Shown here in pieces: positions 55,398 through 64,000 of a stretch of DNA of 64,000 nt. Under the pieces are notes generated by a model that saw only the letters and a program-made list of their open reading frames with translations, was not told the origin of the DNA and ran no database searches. Position 1 is the first letter of the stretch. The number at the start of each line of letters is the position of its first letter. The position numbers were made by a program, and so were the translations under genes. The stretch is from Octopus vulgaris. Its lineage: Eukaryota. Where the stretch lies: positions 7,130,001 to 7,194,000 of the forward strand of contig OX597818.1 of the NCBI GenBank assembly GCA_951406725.2. The letters run 5' to 3'.

Positions 55398-56149
55398 CTA
55401 TATATACGTGTGTGTATGTGTATAAATGTTCATACATATGCATAGCATTTATGTGTATGTGTATATATGCCATATGTATGTATATGCATATAAGTGTACG
55501 TGTATGTGTGTGCCGCACTACCTCACATCTTTTTTAATGACTTCCATTCAACCTCTCATAATTTATCGCCTATTCCAGTCCACTAACTCTTCTAAACGTT
55601 ATCACAAGAAATTCGTCTTTTCACCAGCACCACGTTCCGATTCTAACTGCCGTTAAACGATTTGAAACTCATATACTTTTATAGAGTCTGGCAAGACTTC
55701 TTAAAATCTTATCTTCGTTGCTGACTTATAATTGCGTATTAAGAATACGCACCAGATTTGTGTTATGGGAAAACGTAACAAAATAAATTTGAAATTTACA
55801 CAAAATAATACATTATATGTACGTATGTATGTGTGTGAGTGTGTGCGCGTGCGTGTATGTATTCATATCTGTACATGCATATGTGAATATATTGTTATAT
55901 ATCTATTAATATATAAGTGTGACTGTGTATGGGTAAATGTAGGCATTCACACGAATGCATTAATACATACGTGTCTAGTTATGAACTTATACATTCATAT
56001 TGCACAACAATATATAAGTTCATACATACATGCATATATTTATATATATACATACATGTATACATATGCATATATATATAGATAGACACACACACACAGA
56101 TATATATATATATGTATATAATATATATGTATATTTATATACACACACA

Positions 56150-56242
<93 letters not shown>

Positions 56243-56244
56243 AG

Positions 56245-56313
56245 AGGGAAAGGGAGAGAGAGAGAAAGAGAGATAGGAGGAGAGAAGGAGGGGCAGGCAG
56301 ACGGAAAAAGGGT

Positions 56314-56344
<31 letters not shown>

Positions 56345-56558
56345 ACTTTAATGAACTATATGTATATATCTGCGATTCAACAGTTTTAGTTGATTGCAAT
56401 ATACATGTACGGATGCATATGGAAGTAAGAATGCATGCTAATATATGTGTATACTAATGGCATAAATCGTTTGCAAGTCGGGAAAAGTGCCTTTTGTCAT
56501 TTCGGGGTGACTCTTAGGCGTGGGGAACTTGGTGTTTTCGTAAATATCCACTGATGAA
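56245..56558 (+). repeat. ~300-bp duplicated segment, copy 2
   Basis: Same sequence as 53150-53466. Confidence 0.9.
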
Positions 56559-59282
56559 ATATATAGATTTGAAATATCATAAAGTTTTAAATTGTTTAAT
56601 GTTTCCAGGAAGTAACTAACACCGTAATGTGCTCCAGTTGCTGAGTTTTGGAGAACTGAATAGGATAGAGTCAGAACTGCAGATTTGGCATGCATATATA
56701 TATATGTGTGTGTGTGTGTGCGTGCACGCGTGTGTTTGTGTGTGTATAGACATATAATATATATGGGAATAACAAGTATTTTGGGTTATTAGGACGTTTA
56801 CTATTTTACACTTTTCTAATGAAATATAAAAAGTATATTTTATAATATTTTATATATTTACAAATTTGGAATATTTACCAATAGATAAACAACTCCTATT
56901 TCAGGATAATCTCATGGTATGGAATACGCAGAGAAAATTACATCAAATAGAAAGATTAAAATAACATACAAGAAAATTAATTAAACTTATATGTCTTACC
57001 TATTATTAGTTTGTGGAGCAAGATGGTAGTACAATAGCTACACGTGTTTTTGTGCTGGCGGGGTGTGTATTAAGGCTATACTTAATACATAAAAACCCCA
57101 GTGCGTCCTCAACTATGTATATTATTATTACGTCCGGGTAAAAGTTAAATATTAAAAGTTAAAAATCATATGAAAAATAAAAATAAAAATTACAAATTAA
57201 AATTTCTTTTAATATTAAATACCTAACGTACAATTGCGTTATATATTGAAAATGCTCTACTTATTAACGATTAAATTATAAGCATATCAAATCTTTCAAC
57301 ATATCCAAATAAATATTATAAAAATTAATAATTTAGTGTATAATATAACCCTGTCAATACAAGTATATTAAAACATATTTTATATCAAATGTGAATTAAT
57401 AGTGTAGAATAAAGATTAGTTAGTAAATAGTAAAAACTATTTGAATAAAATTATAAAAACAAGTAAAAATGTAGACTACTTTACGAAATAAGGTTTAATC
57501 CTTCTAGTTCAAGTATAAATGAAGGTTTTGAGTGATATATGAAGCGACACAATACACATGGCTTTTGAAATACATCGGGTTTGTGCCTATAATGTCAGCA
57601 CAATTTGAATATAACATAGTACGTTAATATAATATAGTTTCAATGGGGACGAGTATGAGCTATTTCTGAAGCAGTCACCTAAATCATTTTAATCACATGT
57701 TACATACGTAAATGAGTAAATAGTCGTATATCTGTTATTGTTAACCTAAATTTTCACTGGATACTTGAAAGTTAAGCTATAGTTCATTTATTATTCTGAA
57801 ACTGTAAATGCGATGAAAGACACCTCTCAGTTTTGTCCGTTATATGGAAATTTAACAGAAAAGCTTACGTCGTACACAATTTGTTTAATGAATCGACCGT
57901 TGAATATTTCAGTCCTACTTATAATCGTTACTGTAATGAAATGAAAAATTGGTCCCAACGAATTATGCTTTTGTACAATAACCCTGGTCTCCATTCGAAT
58001 CTCAATTAAATGGAAACGTGCGAGCATACGGAATTCGTTTTCATTGTAACAAAGCTTTGACTGTATACTTATAACAAATGAAGTCTCAGTTGAAGAGGTG
58101 ACGAAATAGCTGTCCTCATCAAGTTGGAATGGTTACACTGTGGTATCTGTGCGTCCTGAGTGCTAATCCCGCCGTATTTTGCGGTAGAAATGTCAACCGG
58201 TTTAAGACTATACTTTGTCTTTCATTGCACGCGCTTAAAAGTTTACTGGACTGAAACTCTGCCGGAGAAGTGTCCGGTTTGATGATTCTTAATCACTCCC
58301 ACTCATACTCTTCGTAGACCCTGTCACATACAGAAACAATGTCCTTCCTTCTGGATAAGTAATAAAATATCAAGAAGAAATATAATATCAAAGAATCCTG
58401 GAAAAATTACAATATGATGCAAGTAATACAGGTATCAAGTAAATTAACACTTGCATCAATATATTTTCAGTTTGGTACCATTTGTGCCACAATGTTAAGA
58501 GGAGACCATAAACTGCGTGATAAACAGACAACAATTGCAGAACGTTTGTATAAGTAACGCGACATATGTGATATAATAGATTTGGCGTCTGATATCTATT
58601 CTTATTGAATTCAGATAATGAAGGCCTTATCACTGAGCACATTAAGGAGTTTCTAGAATAGCAAAATATTAACCGTAAGTGTAGATAACATGATTATCCA
58701 CAACCGGTTTAAAAACAGAGAACATGCCTAAAAGATTCAGTGGAATAACTCGTTCTTTATTGCAGCTTTTAGAAGCTATTCCAAATCATAATGCAGCATG
58801 CGAGTTTAAGATCTTGCATGGCACAGCTGAATTTCTGGATGAATTAAAGCTACGTTAGAGGGAGTAAAATCAATCAAACTTTTGATGCCATTTATATTAT
58901 ATTCTTAGAAATCTAATAACATTGCCTGTATTACCTTTACTTGCTTCCAATGTTTTATGGTTAAATGAATTAAATATGGTCTATAATTCTTGATTAAATT
59001 ATATAATTTTGTCCACAAAAGCATTTTACATACACTATATGACTATATGAATAATTTTTCATTGAAGTACATGTGACTTTCTTCAGATTTCCCTTTTTAA
59101 TGTACCCTGTTTTAAATAACTATATAATTCTTTGAATATTAAAATAATAAACCTGATCAGGTTTAAAAAATATAAATACATCATTTTTATGTTATACAAA
59201 GTAAAATTATAATGCATATATACTTACATACATGTGTGTATATGAGTGTGTCTGTGTGTGTGTGTGTGTGTCCGCGTGTGTG

Positions 59283-59330
<48 letters not shown>

Positions 59331-59922
59331 AACACACTCAGACATACACATATATTCATGGATTCATAAATATCATAAATATGATTGTGGACAATGTTTA
59401 TTGATGTGACTCAACCAAGATATTTAAAGTCTGAATATAGCGTCTATGTATTTAAATACTTAATAGTTTTGTGAGAGACTGATATTTAATAAAAGATGAG
59501 ATATGAAAGAGAGAAAAACACTAAACGCAACTGATGGAATATGAAAATCATCCAATATATCAGAATAGAGTGACAAGCGAAAGAGTAAGTGTTCGTTGCT
59601 ATTTTTGTTTTGCTTTGTTTTTAATGCTTAACCTTATTCATAGACAAAGCGACGAAGGTAGACTTTTGGACATGTGGAATGGGGGAGATAAATTAATAGA
59701 TATATAGATTAATAGACATATACATAGATAGGTTGATAAAAAAGGGTAGCTTGATAGTTAGTTAGGTGAGTTGGAGGGTAGACAGGTAGATAGGTACATA
59801 GATAAATTAAGCAAAGTATTCGTAAATGTGTACATATGTATGAATGTACAGATGCTGGTTTGCATGCATGTATCTATGTACGTATGTATTCAAACATATA
59901 TACATGTGTGTGCATGTGTGTG

Positions 59923-60029
<107 letters not shown>

Positions 60030-60058
60030 TTGATAGTTTTCGGTCAGTATAGGCCCAA

Positions 60059-60095
<37 letters not shown>

Positions 60096-61260
60096 GCAGA
60101 GAGAGAGAGAGAATTGATAGATAAACAGATAAAGAGCGAGAGAGATGGGGAATAGAGAGAGAGAGCGAGGAGTGAGATATGAATAGGTGAGTCGGGTGGT
60201 GGGTTGTCAGAAAGATGATTAAATAAGTATATCGCGAGATATAGATAGATTGATTCAAAGGGGGATAAGTTAAAAAAATTTAAGTAGTAGAGTATAGTTG
60301 AGTGAGACTAGTTATTGGATTATGTTATTACTGGTCAAGTATGAACGCTTCAGGATATGAAAATTCTTGATCAAACGTGTAAATTCAGTTACCGAGTAGC
60401 CAGACACAATCATTGTTCGGGAAAACATATCCCTGCCTTTTTTAGCTTACATTGTATCGCACACAATTCCGACAATATTTTGCCCATACCGTTTAACAAA
60501 CAATATGTTCATGCAGCTCATCTACACTGACTATAGGGAGCACAAATTTGTGGTCTGTAAGGCGAATAGTTTGCATTGTTGGCAACCTATGTTATATAAA
60601 TATATTGGCCTGCAGAATACTCTATCTATGTATGATTTGATTGATTCGATGCAGTTTTTTTTATGTCCACATTAAACTATTCGGTAAATCCAATCGCTTC
60701 TCTCAGTCAGTTAGAAACATCTGAACAGTTTTGCGATGCTTTTTTTATTACTTGCCCGTCCTATCTGTTATGCACACAGTCTTAGTGATTATACAAGATG
60801 GTTTTCTAGTCATCCACTAGCAGAGTGGGATGTTTCATGAAAAGCCTTCAGACATCTGGGAAAAGCTGCTCCCCATCACTGTCGAGACATTCACCGCTAA
60901 TAGTCCTAAGGCAGAGCTTACGCTGCTGGTTACGTTCAACATCAGCCCTTTTCGAAACAATGCGCCTACACCAACAGCAGAATCAAAGTCACGGAAGATG
61001 GAAAGAAATGATAAAAGAGCATCTAGAGGGGCATCTAGAGAAGAAATTATTCAAAAAGGAAACATGGTCGTGCCTCAATAATTCTGGTTTCGTTAATAAC
61101 CAACCGAAACTGCAAAGACGATCTGCTTCTCGACTGAAGATTAAAAGCTCCGAATGACCCGTCCTTAGTTTTCACCTGTCCTTTCTTGTATCACCTACTG
61201 TCCGAATGTTTTCTTGTCGCCTGTTACGTTCTTTTTCCCTTTTTTGCTTTGATATATATC

Positions 61261-61385
61261 ACAAGGCTTTGGTCGGCCCGAGGCTATAGTAGAAGACACT
61301 TGCCCAATGTACCACGCAGTGGGACTGAACCTGGAACCATGTGGTTCATAAGCAAGCTACTTACCACACAGTCACTCCTATGCCT
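61261..61385 (-). mobile_element. SINE family A, 5' part
   Basis: Reverse complement of 52315-52440. Confidence 0.9.
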
Positions 61386-62250
61386 TTTGAAAGGCTATTG
61401 GTGGTAGAACTAGATCAGTATCTTGGGTGGGCTGGTATAAGTTCACAACATAGAGGAAGGGAGTAAAAGAATCAGAAGATGGACAGAGAGAAGAAAAAGG
61501 CAGCATAACATTTCATAGTTCAAATTCCCAAAGTTATTGAAACCAGAGCATGAGCCTTTAAGTGCAATCCTGCGTATATCCATGTGAGTTAAAGTTCTGA
61601 TATAGTAAATATCCCAAGAAAAATACGCGAAAATATCACCGTTCAATAACAGAATGGTAGCGGAAGTGGCTATTAAGTGGTAAAAGTAAAGATAAGAAAA
61701 CAAATATAAATAGAGGTAGATAGAGTGAGGTGGGGGGATTCTAAGGATTGGCTATAAGATAAAGTAAGATGGATATGTGTATATGGTGTCTAAGAATTGT
61801 GTACAGGGTGGCCGAGAAGATGAGAGAGAGGAAGGGGTGGTAGAGGAAGATTGGGTAAAAAAATAGAGCAAAGTAAAATTAAAGGTGTTTAAAGAGAGTA
61901 GTATATATCTGGTAGTCTCAAAGTATAAAGTTGTTGGGGAGGAGATTTGGTAGTAATTGTTTGTGTCCGTTCGGGCTAGGGTCAGTGACTATCGAGTTAT
62001 TTTTAGCAATGGGGTTGTGTGTGCGTAGAAAGTCGAGAAAGGAAGAGCTAGTTGAATGTTAAATTATTTATGAGTAGGAGTTAGGGTTAGGGGTCTATAG
62101 TAGGGGATTTATTGGATTAAGGTTTTGACATCTTGGAGGGTGTCAGTCCTCCCCCTTCAACACAGGCCAACAATTTTGCTATGTCCGAACCAGCTGGGAT
62201 TCTTCCAGAAATAACACGACTTAATATTTCCCTAATACTTGTCGCATAGT

Positions 62251-62340
62251 GAAGGCCATGGCTCAGTGGTTAGAGCGTCGAACTTACGATAGTGAGGTTG
62301 TGGTTTCGATTCCCGGACCGGGCTGCGCGTTGTGTTCTTG
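62251..62340 (+). mobile_element. tRNA-derived SINE head, family C (not a tRNA gene)
   Basis: A-box TGGCTCAGTGGTTAGAGC and B-box GTTTCGATTCC, followed by the SINE-like core GTTGTGTTCTTG; no proper acceptor stem. Confidence 0.7.
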
Positions 62341-62614
62341 TTGCTTTCAAAAACTTGGCTGTGATAGCAACTTGGGCTTCCTTCACAGTACTCTATTTTT
62401 TCGTTTTTTAAGAAAAATGTCCATTTCCTTGGTTTTGTATCTATGTTTTCGTTTCTCATTGTGTTCGACGTTTTTTTGGTGTCCTGTACCCATATATACA
62501 TGTATATATACATGTAGATGTAGGTACGTACATATATGTATGTATATATGCATATGTTTTATTTATTAATTTGTTATTATATGACGGAACGCACGCATGC
62601 ATTTCTAAGTAAGT

Positions 62615-62663
<49 letters not shown>

Positions 62664-62766
62664 AGATAGATAGATAGATGCATAGATATACATATAGATT
62701 TATATATATATACTTACAAACACACACATGTATATATATACAAAAATATATGTGCATATATGTATG

Positions 62767-62801
<35 letters not shown>

Positions 62802-62830
62802 GTATATGTATGTAAATGTATCTATATCTA

Positions 62831-64000
<1,170 letters not shown>

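Noticed and set aside
57868-58320. Possible minus-strand exon in unique sequence
   Set aside because: Early stops in all frames after the putative acceptor, and no recognisable protein.
60825-61157. 110-aa and 83-aa ORFs, faintly like a Gypsy integrase tail (EKPSDIWEKLLP)
   Set aside because: No catalytic motifs, LTRs or adjoining pol domains; the similarity is too weak.
62251-62325. tRNA gene
   Set aside because: A and B boxes are present, but the acceptor stem does not pair and the sequence continues into a SINE core.

Overview
AT-rich eukaryotic intergenic or intronic DNA. The SINE types and very dense (TA)n/(CA)n/(TATC)n/(CATA)n/(CTT)n microsatellites resemble an octopod (cephalopod) genome; this is inferred from repeat content only. 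I could not identify any host protein-coding exon, and nearly all ORFs in the supplied track are microsatellite artefacts or TE remnants. The window is a mosaic of decayed mobile elements: several Penelope-like element (PLE) families with hammerhead-ribozyme-like ends, RTE and R4-like non-LTR retrotransposon fragments, a ZMYM1-type hAT transposase, maT (DD37D) and mariner transposons, three tRNA-derived SINE families and two non-autonomous Helitron families. The most notable observations are: (i) a PLE family whose hammerhead core consistently reads CUGUNGA instead of CUGANGA; (ii) a 1.6-kb Helitron carrying a captured, already inactivated ORF, present twice in inverted orientation, with one copy splitting the hAT transposase exactly; (iii) a twin-priming-type 5' inversion in a Penelope RT; (iv) R4-like elements tied to (CATA)n arrays; (v) two ~100-nt hairpins. 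All homology calls come from motif recognition by eye, and boundaries of decayed elements are approximate.
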